DNA from: an uncultured Gammaproteobacteria bacterium | Lineage (GTDB): Bacteria > Pseudomonadota > Gammaproteobacteria > UBA9214 | Length of the DNA stretch: 64,000 nucleotides | Direction: 5' to 3' | Assembly: GCA_963827755.1 (NCBI GenBank) | Contig: CAWHCQ010000011.1 | Span: 96,001-160,000, forward strand | In this document: one piece after another, positions 51,841-63,012 of the stretch | Numbering within the stretch: position 1 is the first letter of the stretch | Layout of the letters: the number at the start of each line of letters is the position of its first letter | Program-made: the position numbers and the translations under genes | Notes under the pieces: generated by a model | The model's database searches: none | The model's input: only the letters and a program-made list of their open reading frames with translations | What the model was told of the DNA's origin: nothing

Positions 51841-52611
51841 ATGAATATATTCGTCTTTGATATTGAAACCGTGCCCGATGTCGAGGCCGGCCGGAAGTTG
51901 TATGACCTGGCTGATCTCGACGACAAGAACGTCGGCCGGGTCATGTTCCACAAGCGTGCGGCAGAAACGGGCGGCTCTGAATTTTTACGCCACCACCTGC
52001 ATCGCATCGTCGCCATCTCCATCGTCCTGCGCAGCCGGGATACGTTCAAGGTCTGGTCGCTGGGTAACCCCGATTCCAGCGAAGAGGAATTGTTGCAGCG
52101 CTTCTTTGATGGCATTGCCCGCTATACACCGACGCTGGTGTCCTGGAACGGCTCGGGTTTTGATTTGCCTGTGATTCATTACCGCAGCCTGCTGCATGGA
52201 GTGGCGGCCCCGCGCTACTGGGATACCGGTGGTGATGACAAGAATTTCAAATGGAACAATTACCTGTCCCGCTTTCACGAAAGACATACCGATGTCATGG
52301 ATGTGCTGGCCGGGTACCAGCCGCGCGCCACGGCGAAGCTGGACGAGGTGGCCACGCTGCTCGGGTTCCCGGGCAAGATGGGCATGGACGGCAGCAAGGT
52401 CTGGGACAACTTCCAGGCCGGTAAAATCGAGGCGATCCGCAACTACTGCGAAACCGATGTACTGAATACCTACCTGGTCTATCAGCGTTTTGAATTGATT
52501 CGCGGCCACCTCGACGCCAGCCAGTACCGGCAGGGATGCGAACAGGTGCGTACTGAACTGGCGGCCGCCGACAAGCCGCACCTGGATGAGTTTCTGCAGA
52601 ACTGGCAGTAA
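51841..52611 (+). CDS. Predicted 3'-5' exonuclease (PolB exo2 family)
   Basis: FDIETVPD, SWNG..FDLP and YCETDV DEDDy motifs; usual position between cysM and rlmD. Confidence 0.9.
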   Translation: MNIFVFDIETVPDVEAGRKLYDLADLDDKNVGRVMFHKRAAETGGSEFLRHHLHRIVAISIVLRSRDTFKVWSLGNPDSSEEELLQRFFDGIARYTPTLVSWNGSGFDLPVIHYRSLLHGVAAPRYWDTGGDDKNFKWNNYLSRFHERHTDVMDVLAGYQPRATAKLDEVATLLGFPGKMGMDGSKVWDNFQAGKIEAIRNYCETDVLNTYLVYQRFELIRGHLDASQYRQGCEQVRTELAAADKPHLDEFLQNWQ

Positions 52612-52617
52612 TAATTT

Positions 52618-52708
52618 TTCTCGCAAAGACGCCAAGATGTCAGAAAAATATCATATGGCTTCCATTACGGAGGTTTCAGCTCTGCGATCTCAACGTCTTG
52701 GACGAGAA
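52618..52708. repeat. Degenerate palindromic element (CTCGCAAAGACGCCAAG-type)
   Basis: TTCTCGCAAAGACGCCAAG ... CGTCTTGGACGAGAA imperfect inverted arms in the intergenic region. Confidence 0.5.
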
Positions 52709-52760
52709 GTGACATGGTGTGCATACAATGACTCCTTCATGTTCCCAACACACTGTTCCC

Positions 52761-54092
52761 ATGAGTAGACGCCCGCGCAAGAAACGCCTGCCGGAACCGG
52801 TAGCACAGATAAGCATCGAATCCCTCGGTCACGATGGCCGCGGCGTGACCCACCTCGATGGCAAGGCCGTGTTTATCGATGGCGCCTTGCCCGGCGAGGT
52901 GGTCAGTTTTGAATACCTGGCGAGCCGCAAAAAGTATGACGAGGGGCGTGTCCTCGAGGTGCTGCAGGCGTCACCGGACCGGGTGGAGCCCCGATGTCCG
53001 CACTTCGGCCTCTGCGGCGGCTGCAGCCTGCAGCACCTGGAGGCAAATGCCCAGATCCTGGCCAAGCAGCAGGTGTTGCTTGATAACCTCGGCCGCATCG
53101 GCAAGGTCGAGCCGGAGGCCGTGCTTGAGCCCTTGACCGGCCCGGTCTGGGGTTACCGCACCAAGGCACGGCTGGGCGCAAAATATGTGATCAGGAAAGG
53201 CCGGCTGCTGGTGGGCTTTCGGGAAAAGCGCATGCCCTATGTGGCCGACCTGTCGCGCTGCGAGGTGCTGCATCCTTCGGTAGGCGAGCGTTTCCGTGAA
53301 CTGGCAGAACTGATCGGCAGGCTGGAGGCGAAGGCAACTATCCCCCAGGTCGAGGTGTCTGTCAGTGAAGCCATCACGGCACTGGTATTCCGCCACCTCG
53401 AACCGCTATGCGAATCTGACCTTGCCGCATTCAGGCAGTTTTCCATCGATCAGGACATCCATGTCTACCTGCAGCCCGGCGGCCCGGACACGATCCGGCT
53501 GCTCTGGCCGGAACAGTCGACTTTGTCCTACCACCTGTCCGGGCAGGCTATCGAGATCCGCTTCAGACCCACCGACTTCACCCAGGTGAACGTGGATATC
53601 AATCAACAGATGGTGACGCGCGTGCTGGAGATGCTGAAGCTCGATTCACAGGACAGGGTGCTGGACCTGTTTTGCGGGCTGGGCAACTTTACCCTGCCGA
53701 TGGCACGGCTGGCCGGATCGGTTGTCGGGGTGGAGGGTGCCGCAGAACTGGTCAGCCGGGCACGTGACAATGCCGCGTTAAACAGGATCGAGAACGTAAG
53801 TTTTCATGCGGCAGACCTTGCAAAGGATAGTCCGGATGCCGCCTGGGCCGGCGGGGAGTACGACAAGGTGCTGCTGGATCCGCCACGCAGCGGGGCGGCC
53901 GAGGTGATGAGTGCCCTGGGAAGAATCCGGCCCCGGCAAATCGTCTATGTGTCCTGCCACCCCGGTTCACTGGCGCGTGATGCCGGAACCCTGGTCAACG
54001 ACATGGGTTATCGCCTGCGCTCGGCCGGTGTCATGGATATGTTCCCGCACACCGCGCACGTGGAATCGATTGCGTTGTTTCAATTGGGTTGA
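52761..54092 (+). CDS. rlmD: 23S rRNA (uracil1939-C5)-methyltransferase
   Basis: TRAM domain, C.....CGGC, FTQVN, LDLFCGLGNF, DPPRSG, YVSC and DMFPHT.HVE. Confidence 0.95.
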   Translation: MSRRPRKKRLPEPVAQISIESLGHDGRGVTHLDGKAVFIDGALPGEVVSFEYLASRKKYDEGRVLEVLQASPDRVEPRCPHFGLCGGCSLQHLEANAQILAKQQVLLDNLGRIGKVEPEAVLEPLTGPVWGYRTKARLGAKYVIRKGRLLVGFREKRMPYVADLSRCEVLHPSVGERFRELAELIGRLEAKATIPQVEVSVSEAITALVFRHLEPLCESDLAAFRQFSIDQDIHVYLQPGGPDTIRLLWPEQSTLSYHLSGQAIEIRFRPTDFTQVNVDINQQMVTRVLEMLKLDSQDRVLDLFCGLGNFTLPMARLAGSVVGVEGAAELVSRARDNAALNRIENVSFHAADLAKDSPDAAWAGGEYDKVLLDPPRSGAAEVMSALGRIRPRQIVYVSCHPGSLARDAGTLVNDMGYRLRSAGVMDMFPHTAHVESIALFQLG

Positions 54093-54206
54093 CTGGTTTG
54101 TACGCGATTCTGATTTTTGCCACAGAGGACAAAGGGTTTTGTTTTTCCTGGCGCCATTGCGGCTTTGTGCGAGCAGGTTGTATTTAAAACAAATCCGCCT
54201 GGCCCG

Positions 54207-54806
54207 TTACTGCCGGTACCAGCGCTTGCTCAGTGCCAGGTAGACCCGGTTCGGGTACCAGCGTTTGCCGACACTGCCGTTGTAACGCGCCAGCGCCCTG
54301 AACATATTGCCTTTTTCACGTTTTAAATAAATGCCAAGAATGGTGCAGCCAAAGCGCAGGTTGGTGTGAATATTGAGCAGATTGTCATTCGGACGACCGA
54401 TCTCCTCCAGCCAGAAGGGCATGATCTGCATGAGTCCGAGTGCACCGGCGCTGGAAATGGCAAAGCGATCGAAGTTGCTTTCAACATTGATCAATGCGAG
54501 TACCAGTTCCGGGTCCAGCCCGGCGCGCGTCGCCTCGTAGTGGATAAGTTTCAGGATGCCAAGACGTTCCTCGGTATCTTCGACCCGTGATTCCAGGCGG
54601 CGGGACATGTCACTCAGCCAGACCTCCGCATCGAAGCGGTCGTCGAAGCTGTCACTGGAATTCACGGCAGCCACCAGCGCCTGGCGCATGTCCGCATCAG
54701 GGCGTTCCTGGGTGGCTGCCCAGGAGCGGGCGCCGGGCAGTAGCTGGCTAACCAGCAGCAGCGTGAAAAAACAGGTTTTCAGACGGGTATGCATGCCGTG
54801 ATTCAT
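54207..54806 (-). CDS. Lytic transglycosylase (SLT domain)
   Basis: VES.F, S.AGA.GLMQIMPFW and ALARYNGS. Confidence 0.9.
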   Translation of the reverse strand: MNHGMHTRLKTCFFTLLLVSQLLPGARSWAATQERPDADMRQALVAAVNSSDSFDDRFDAEVWLSDMSRRLESRVEDTEERLGILKLIHYEATRAGLDPELVLALINVESNFDRFAISSAGALGLMQIMPFWLEEIGRPNDNLLNIHTNLRFGCTILGIYLKREKGNMFRALARYNGSVGKRWYPNRVYLALSKRWYRQ

Positions 54807-56534
54807 TCACCCTTTATCGGCCTGTCCAGCGGCAAGTTTATCGCGGAGAAAGGCGACAATACCATCGTGCGGGATATCCTGGCTGTCGCTGTCGCCACGG
54901 GCCTTGTATTCAAGCATGCCCCTGTCGAGGTTTTTTTCACCGACGACAACGCGGTGGGGGATGCCAATCAACTCCATATCGGAGAACATTACGCCGGGGC
55001 GCACCAGCCGGTCATCCAGCAGGACATCCAGACCGGCAGCCAGGAATTCTTCATAGAGTGCATCGGTTGCTTCACGCACACGCTGTGACTTTTTCATATT
55101 CATCGGCAGCAGCGCAACCTGAAAGGGCGCAATCGGGGCCGGCCAGATGATGCCCTTGTCGTCGTGGTTCTGCTCGATGGCGGCAGCAACGGCGCGCGAG
55201 ACACCGAAGCCGTAACAACCCATGATCATCGGCGTGTCCCTGCCCTGCTCATCCAGCACGGTAGCCTTCATCGCCTCGCTGTACTTCAGGCCCAGCTGAA
55301 AAACATGGCCAACCTCGATGCCGCGTGCAATCGAGAGTGTACCCTTGCCATCCGGGCTTGGATCGCCGGCGACGACAGTGCGGATATCCGCGCATTCCGG
55401 TTTCGCAAGGTCGCGTCCCCAGTTGACCCCGGTGAGGTGCTTGCCATCCTCGTTGGCACCGCAGACAAAGTCGCCCAACGCGGCGGCTGCGTGGTCTGTA
55501 ATAACCGGTATCGACAGGCCCACCGGGCCGAGTGAGCCGGGCTTGCAGCCGGTGGCCTCGCGTATTTCTTCTTCGAAAGCGAACTGCAAGGGACTGGCGA
55601 CGGCCTCCAGTTTCTCTGCCTTGACGGCATTCAGCTCATGGTCGCCGCGCAGGACCAGTGCGACCACGCCGCTTTCGGCACCGCGCACCAGGATGGTTTT
55701 TACACAATGCTCCGGCCCGGTTTTCAGGAAGGCGCTGATGTCGCTGATGCTGTGTTGTCCCGGGGTATCGACAGTTTGTATCTCTGCCGCGGGTGCCGGG
55801 CGTTCGCCGGCGGGTGGCAGGGCGACGGCGTGTTCCACGTTGGCGGCATAGCCGCTGTCGGAGGAAAAGGCGATGGCGTCTTCGCCGGAATCGGCCAGCA
55901 CGTGGAACTCGTGGGAAACATTGCCGCCGATAGCCCCGCTGTCCGCCTCCACGGGGCGGAACTTCATGCCGAGCCTTTCCAGGATGCGGCTGTAGGCGTC
56001 GTACATTACCCGGTAGGTTTCTTCCAGGGACGCCTGGCTGGTATGAAAGGAGTAGGCGTCCTTCATCAGGAACTCGCGTGCGCGCATGATGCCGAAGCGC
56101 GGCCGGATTTCATCGCGAAACTTGGTCTGGATCTGGTAGTAGCTCACGGGCAGCTGTTTGTAGCTGCGGATTTCGTGACGCGCGATATCGGTGATGATTT
56201 CCTCGTGTGTCGGGCCGAAACAGAACTCGCGCTGGTGGCGATCCGTGATGCGCAGCAGTTCCGGGCCATATTGCTCCCAGCGCCCGGATTCATGCCAGAG
56301 CTCGGATGGCTGCACGGCCGGCATCAACAGCTCCATGGCGCCGGCCTGGTCCATCTCGTCACGGACAATCGTTTCAATCTTGCGCAGTACCCGCAGGCCC
56401 AGCGGCAGCCAGCTATAGATGCCTGCCGCCTGCTTCTTCAACATGCCGGCGCGCATCATCAACTGGTGGCTGACGATCTCGGCATCGGCCGGGGTTTCTT
56501 TCAGGGTGGAAAGGGGGAAACGGGAAAGGCGCAT
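54807..56534 (-). CDS. proS: Prolyl-tRNA synthetase
   Basis: [29 protein letters not shown], editing domain, GIEVGH and MGCYG. Confidence 0.98.
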   Translation of the reverse strand: MRLSRFPLSTLKETPADAEIVSHQLMMRAGMLKKQAAGIYSWLPLGLRVLRKIETIVRDEMDQAGAMELLMPAVQPSELWHESGRWEQYGPELLRITDRHQREFCFGPTHEEIITDIARHEIRSYKQLPVSYYQIQTKFRDEIRPRFGIMRAREFLMKDAYSFHTSQASLEETYRVMYDAYSRILERLGMKFRPVEADSGAIGGNVSHEFHVLADSGEDAIAFSSDSGYAANVEHAVALPPAGERPAPAAEIQTVDTPGQHSISDISAFLKTGPEHCVKTILVRGAESGVVALVLRGDHELNAVKAEKLEAVASPLQFAFEEEIREATGCKPGSLGPVGLSIPVITDHAAAALGDFVCGANEDGKHLTGVNWGRDLAKPECADIRTVVAGDPSPDGKGTLSIARGIEVGHVFQLGLKYSEAMKATVLDEQGRDTPMIMGCYGFGVSRAVAAAIEQNHDDKGIIWPAPIAPFQVALLPMNMKKSQRVREATDALYEEFLAAGLDVLLDDRLVRPGVMFSDMELIGIPHRVVVGEKNLDRGMLEYKARGDSDSQDIPHDGIVAFLRDKLAAGQADKG

Positions 56535-56604
56535 AATGGGTGACGGGTCTGGTTGAAACAGGCGGTTGATTGTAGTGGCCGCCGGGGTTCAGGTACAGGT
56601 TGAT

Positions 56605-56874
56605 CTATGGCTCACCACCCAGTTGTGGCGGCAGCGGCAGGACATTCACATCTTCACGGTAGTCGAGGATTTCGTAGGCTACGCCCTCGCGCGGCGGGTC
56701 GTCGGTGATTTGCCATACACCCTTGTCATTCTGCCATTTGTAAACCCGGGTGGTTTTTTTACTCAGCCCGGCCTCGGAGGACAGGTCCTCGATCCAGCTC
56801 CTGACAACAGGTGTCTGGTATAAATAAATCCCGCCGATCAGTGCCACGGCAAGCAATATCCAGAGCAGGCGCAT
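56605..56874 (-). CDS. DUF4124 domain protein
   Basis: N-terminal TM segment and VYKWQ..KGVWQITD.PP. Confidence 0.8.
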   Translation of the reverse strand: MRLLWILLAVALIGGIYLYQTPVVRSWIEDLSSEAGLSKKTTRVYKWQNDKGVWQITDDPPREGVAYEILDYREDVNVLPLPPQLGGEP

Positions 56875-57218
56875 TAAAACGTGCCGTTATTCCAGCCCCA
56901 CATCCTGCGGGGCGCATCGGTAAATTCTATATAGATGCGTGCGCTATCTATACCGGTTTCACTCGAAACCAGCTGGCAGAGCGCTTCCGAGACAGTGGCG
57001 GTAATGGACTCCGGCAGGCCGATGCTTTTCAGCTCGAGGAACGCCAGCGGTTCACCGGTTCCGGCAAATGTCATGGCGGCATTGCTTTCCACCGAGGTCA
57101 TGACATAGCGCTCGGGCTTGCCCAGCTGTTCGGCGACCAGCGCAGAGGCCCGTGCGGCGAGCGAACCGGCGTCAGCCCCGGCCAGGGGCTTGTTGGTTTG
57201 TATGCGTAAAAAAGGCAT
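56874..57218 (-). CDS. MIF/phenylpyruvate tautomerase-like protein
   Basis: N-terminal Pro (MPFL.IQTN), GKPE.YVM, LKSIG, RIYI.F.D and WGWN..TF. Confidence 0.9.
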   Translation of the reverse strand: MPFLRIQTNKPLAGADAGSLAARASALVAEQLGKPERYVMTSVESNAAMTFAGTGEPLAFLELKSIGLPESITATVSEALCQLVSSETGIDSARIYIEFTDAPRRMWGWNNGTF

Positions 57219-57239
57219 TTCAGGATTTTTCCGGCCCGC

Positions 57240-57731
57240 TCATTCGGTGCAGTATTTTTCGATCTGTTTTTTGGTCGTGTCGATGAGTTTTTTACGTTCT
57301 TCATCGGTAGGACGCAGGTATTCGCCCTTGTCATTGATGAAATTGCGCTGGCTTTTTGTCTCCAGTGCTGCCAGGTTCCGGGTGGCCGCATCACAGTTAA
57401 TCCGCCTGATTTCAGCATTTTCCTTCTCCTGTTCAGCCGTCAGGGCATCGACTTCCTTGTCTTTCTTCTCTTTCTCAAGGCGAGCCTGCTGCTTGACTAC
57501 AGGATTTACGGTGGCTGCAGGGGGGGCAGGCGGGAGGTATCTTTGTTTGATTTGTTCCGAGTGGACGCCCGAGGGAGGTGGCATTTGCGTGTAGTTGATC
57601 TTGCCGTCCTCACCGATCCATTTGTAAATTTCGGCCATGACCAGGGAGGAAGGTATGAGTGTGCACAGGGCGATCAGGCAGGCGAGCAGTATCCGGCTGC
57701 TGCCTTGGGCTGTTGTTCCACGATGTGTCAT
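57240..57731 (-). CDS. DUF4124 domain protein
   Basis: Signal peptide, IYKW..EDG...YTQ.PP, C..A..NL and a C-terminal Cys. Confidence 0.8.
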   Translation of the reverse strand: MTHRGTTAQGSSRILLACLIALCTLIPSSLVMAEIYKWIGEDGKINYTQMPPPSGVHSEQIKQRYLPPAPPAATVNPVVKQQARLEKEKKDKEVDALTAEQEKENAEIRRINCDAATRNLAALETKSQRNFINDKGEYLRPTDEERKKLIDTTKKQIEKYCTE

Positions 57732-57860
57732 TTTGCGGGGTCCATAAATGAAAACTATGAAGATAGTATGGTTGTTTGCAGGCCAGAACAAGTCACCCGG
57801 TCACACATTCAGGCTTTCACCCGGGAGCATCGCCGCGTGGCCGCCCGGTCCGTGTATCCC

Positions 57861-57939
57861 TTGACCTTTACTTTGAATATCAGTACTTTCTACTATTATA
57901 CTAATGCGACCTGCCGGCCCGTTGTTCGGGCTTTTTTTT
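57861..57939 (+). promoter_or_regulatory. Putative sigma70 promoter and terminator-like hairpin upstream of ilvI
   Basis: TTGACC-N17-TACTTT, then GCCCG-TTGTT-CGGGC followed by T8 (57917-57939), 52 nt before the ilvI start. Confidence 0.5.
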
Positions 57940-57991
57940 ACCCGCCAAAAAAGGCCGGAAAACAGTGTCTTTGGCATCCAGGAGGATACAG

Positions 57992-59687
57992 GTGGAATTG
58001 ACCGGCGCGGACATTTTTGTGCGCTCGCTGCGTGAAGAGGGAGTCGACTTTATTTTCGGTTATCCCGGCGGGGCGGTGCTGCATATCTATGACGCACTTT
58101 ATACGCAGACAGGATGTGCAGCACATCCTGGTACGGCATGAGCAGGCGGCTACCCATGCCGCGGATGGCTATGCCCGTGCGACCGGTAAGCCGGGTGTTG
58201 TCATCGTGACCTCGGGTCCGGGTGCGACCAATGCTGTCACCGGGATTGCAACGGCCTTTATGGATTCGATCCCGATGGTGGTGTTCACCGGGCAGGTGCC
58301 TACACACCTGATAGGCAACGATGCCTTCCAGGAAGCCGACAACATCGGCATTACGCGGCCGTGCGTGAAGCACAACTTTCTTGTGAAAGACGTCAAGGAC
58401 ATAGCCGTGACCATCAAGAAGGCCTTTTACGTCGCGACGACCGGTCGACCCGGACCGGTGGTGGTCGATCTGCCGAAAGACATTACGGCGGACAAGGCCG
58501 AGTTCCACTATCCGGGCAAGGTCGAGATGCGCTCCTATAACCCGGTACATGTCGGGCATGCCGGGCAGATCAAGCGTGCAGTCAAACTGCTGAAGAGTGC
58601 CAGGCGTCCGATGATCTATACCGGTGGTGGCGTTATCCTCGGCAATGCCTCGGAGTCACTGACCGAACTGACGCGGTCGCTGGGTTACCCGATCACCAAT
58701 ACATTGATGGGGCTGGGCGCCTACCCTGCAACGGACCCGCTGTTTGTCGGCATGCTCGGTATGCACGGGACCTACGAAGCCAATATGGCCATGCATCACT
58801 GTGATGTGCTGTTTGCCGTCGGCGCCCGCTTTGATGACCGGGTCACCGGTAATATCGAAAAATTCTGTCCCCATGCAAAAATTATTCACATCGATATCGA
58901 CCCTGCAAGCATTTCGAAGAACGTCAAGGTGGATATCCCCATCGTCGGCTGTGTGGCCAATGTCCTCAAGGCGATGCTGAAGGAAACCGAGGCCGGGAAA
59001 AAAGGCCCGGACAAGGATGCCCTGAAGGAGTGGTGGGCGCAGATCGACGAATGGCGTTCGAAAAACTGTCTCGAGTACAAGATGGATGATGCGGTTATCA
59101 AGCCGCAGTATGTAGTGGAGACTCTCTACAAACTGACCGACGGTGATGCCTTTATTACCTCGGACGTGGGTCAGCACCAGATGTGGGCCGCGCAGTACTA
59201 CAAGTTCGACAAGCCGCGTCGCTGGATCAATTCCGGCGGACTGGGCACGATGGGGTTTGGTTTACCGTCCGCAATGGGTGTGCAACTCGCGTACCCGAAT
59301 GACACGGTTGCCTGTGTAACAGGCGAGGGCAGTATCCAGATGTGTATCCAGGAGCTCTCCACCTGCAAGCAGTATGCTTTACCGATCAAGATTATCAATT
59401 TGAACAACGGCATGCTCGGCATGGTTCGCCAGTGGCAGGAGTTCTTCTACCAGAAGCGCTATGCCATGTCGTACATGGAGTCCTTGCCGGATTTCGTGAA
59501 ACTGGCGGAGAGCTACGGTCATGTCGGTATGCAGATCAAAAAGCCGGCGGATGTCGAGGGTGCGCTGATCGAGATGCTGAAAATGAAAGACCGCCTGGTA
59601 TTCATGGATTTCCTGACGGATGCGACCGAGAATGTCTACCCGATGATTCCGGCCGGTGGCGGCCAGAACGAAATGATACTCGTTTGA
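57992..59687 (+). CDS. ilvI: Acetolactate synthase large subunit (+1 frameshift near 58109, probably a sequence error)
   Basis: RBS GGAGG and GTG start, MELTGADI...[15 protein letters not shown], continuing in the +1 frame with [20 protein letters not shown] and GEGS. Confidence 0.95.
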
Positions 59688-59688
59688 G

Positions 59689-60180
59689 ATGCGACATATA
59701 ATCTCGATTCTGATGGAAAACGAGGCCGGTGCGCTGTCACGGGTTGCCGGGCTGTTCTCGGCGCGCGGTTACAACATCGAGTCGCTGACCGTTGCCCCGA
59801 CCGAAGATCCCTCGCTGTCACGCATGACGCTGGTGACACGGGGAACGGAAGAAGTCATCGAGCAGATTACCAAACAGTTGAATAAACTGATTGATGTGGT
59901 CAAGTTGATGGATATGACCGATGGCCCGCACATTGAGCGCGAGATGATGCTGATCAAGGTGCAGGCTATGGGCGAGATGAGAAATGAGTTGAAGCGCATC
60001 TCGGATATTTTTCGCGGACGTGTGATTGACGTAACCGATGAAACCTACACGATCGAGTTGACCGGTGCCGGCAACAAGCTGGATGCTTTTATTCAGGCGC
60101 TGGATCCGGGACTTATTATCGAGGTGGTGCGCTCCGGTGTATCCGGGATTGCGCGCGGCGCGCGCTCATTGAAAGTCTAG
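59689..60180 (+). CDS. ilvH: Acetolactate synthase small subunit
   Basis: MRHIIS.L.ENE.GALSRV.GLFS.RGYNIESL ACT domain. Confidence 0.96.
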   Translation: MRHIISILMENEAGALSRVAGLFSARGYNIESLTVAPTEDPSLSRMTLVTRGTEEVIEQITKQLNKLIDVVKLMDMTDGPHIEREMMLIKVQAMGEMRNELKRISDIFRGRVIDVTDETYTIELTGAGNKLDAFIQALDPGLIIEVVRSGVSGIARGARSLKV

Positions 60181-60229
60181 ACAGGATTTCTATTAACAGG
60201 GTGCTGTTGACAGCGGCGCCAATGACTAA

Positions 60230-61264
<1,035 letters not shown>

Positions 61265-61311
61265 GGTCTGGCAGCATCTTCAGGATACGGCTGTCTGACC
61301 GGAGTTAGTCC

Positions 61312-61923
61312 GTGAATCGATATACAGTTATTGCCAGGGAGGGCCATGCGCCGTTACTGGCAGCCCTGGTCGCCGCCTTCATGGTGTGGCATTTCGTGAG
61401 TCTGCCGGCTTCACTGTTCTTCTGGGTGCTCGTGGGGCTGGTGATTTTTATATTCCGTGACCCGGAACGGAATATCCCTTCAATACCCCTGGCGGTTGTC
61501 AGCCCTGCAGATGGGAAAATCGCCTCCATCGATACGATTTTCGACCCTTACCTTGAACGGCAGAGTATCCGTGTAATCGTGCAGATGCACACCTACGGCG
61601 TGTTTACCACGCGCAGCCCGGTGGAAGGCAAGGTGCAGGAGCCGCCGCACCTGCCCGCAGGTGTAAAAACACCCCACGGTGTCTGGCTGAAGACCAATGA
61701 AGACGATGATGTCGTCATGGTCATGAACAGGGGGCGTCTGAATGCGGGACCGCGCTGTTATATCCGTTTTGGAGAGCGCATCGGACAGGGAAAACGCTGC
61801 GGTTTTGTCCCCCTGGGTAGCCAGATTGATCTCTACCTGCCTGAACAGTCACGCATCGCCGTTGCGGTCGGCGACTCCGTGCTGGGCGGCGCGGATGTCA
61901 TCGCAAACCTGGTACATGCTTGA
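61312..61923 (+). CDS. psd: Phosphatidylserine decarboxylase-related protein (short form, divergent)
   Basis: FRDPER, SPADG, R.P..G and G..LGSQIDLYLP; upstream of pssA. Confidence 0.75.
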   Translation: MNRYTVIAREGHAPLLAALVAAFMVWHFVSLPASLFFWVLVGLVIFIFRDPERNIPSIPLAVVSPADGKIASIDTIFDPYLERQSIRVIVQMHTYGVFTTRSPVEGKVQEPPHLPAGVKTPHGVWLKTNEDDDVVMVMNRGRLNAGPRCYIRFGERIGQGKRCGFVPLGSQIDLYLPEQSRIAVAVGDSVLGGADVIANLVHA

Positions 61924-61946
61924 CAAGCCCGCGGGTTGCAATAGAC

Positions 61947-62711
61947 ATGGATACAGAGGACAAAACACACAAGACTCCGCGCGGCATCTATCTGTTGCCG
62001 AATATGATTACAACCGCGGGCCTGTTTGCCGGGTTTTATGCCATTGTGGCGGCAATGAACAATCGCTTTGAGGCGGCAGCCGTTGCTATCTTTGTGGCCA
62101 TGATCATGGACGGCATTGATGGACGCGTGGCCCGCCTGACAAACACACAGAGTGACTTCGGGGTGCAGTACGACAGCCTGGCGGATATGGTCAGTTTCGG
62201 ACTTGCCCCGGCACTGGTGGTCTATGAATGGTCGTTGAAGTCGATGGCCAGTTTTGGCTGGGCCAAGCTTGGCTGGCTGGCGGCGTTCGTTTATACAGCC
62301 AGCGCCGCCTTGCGACTGGCGCGCTTCAATTCACAGGTAGATATTGCCGAGAAGCTGTATTTCAAGGGGCTGCCGAGTCCGTCCGCTGCCGGGTTGCTGG
62401 CCGGCATGGTCTGGGTGAGCGCCGATCTCGGCGTGGCTGGTGAGGATGTCGTGTATGCGGCATTTGTGCTGACTCTCGTCGCAGGCTTGCTGATGGTCAG
62501 TAATGTCCGATACTACAGTTTCAAGGAATTCCACTTCAAGAACCGCGTTTCGTTTATCGCAATGCTTGCCGTGGTGCTGGTCTATGCCTTTGCCTCTATT
62601 GACCCTCCCAAGGTTCTGTTTGCCGGTTTCCTGATCTACATGATATTCGGAATCGTCTATACCTTGCTGGCAATCCGCAAACGGCGAAGGGCGGCAAAAC
62701 GCGGGGAATAG
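61947..62711 (+). CDS. pssA: CDP-diacylglycerol--serine O-phosphatidyltransferase
   Basis: RGIYLLPN, DG.DGRVAR, DSLADMVSFG, LRLARFN and F.GLPSP. Confidence 0.96.
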   Translation: MDTEDKTHKTPRGIYLLPNMITTAGLFAGFYAIVAAMNNRFEAAAVAIFVAMIMDGIDGRVARLTNTQSDFGVQYDSLADMVSFGLAPALVVYEWSLKSMASFGWAKLGWLAAFVYTASAALRLARFNSQVDIAEKLYFKGLPSPSAAGLLAGMVWVSADLGVAGEDVVYAAFVLTLVAGLLMVSNVRYYSFKEFHFKNRVSFIAMLAVVLVYAFASIDPPKVLFAGFLIYMIFGIVYTLLAIRKRRRAAKRGE

Positions 62712-62768
62712 CCAATCGTCATTCATCGTGCTTGGCAAGTCAGCCACTTTAATCTATAGTCTTTGACC

Positions 62769-62870
62769 ATGATCTGCATTAACAGCACAGGCTGTGTACA
62801 TCGATTGGCCTCCATTCGGACAGGTTCACTTCTGCTATCCTTTCTGCGACTGCTGCCTGCGGGCAGATAA
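62769..62870 (+). CDS. Putative leuA leader peptide (33 aa, Leu cluster)
   Basis: MICINSTGCVHRLASIRTGSLLLSFLRLLPAGR*; 6 Leu in 9 codons including CTT CTG CTA, ending about 140 nt upstream of leuA. Confidence 0.65.
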   Translation: MICINSTGCVHRLASIRTGSLLLSFLRLLPAGR

Positions 62871-63012
62871 TTCCATACCTGGCGAGGTCAAACGCAGCTA
62901 AACAAGAACCAGTCCAGCAGCCCGCAACGGGGAATCCGGCATGCCGGGTATCATCCTCCGGTGAAACAGGTCATGGCCGCGGCGTGTTGCCAACTCCCGA
63001 CGGAGTCCGATG

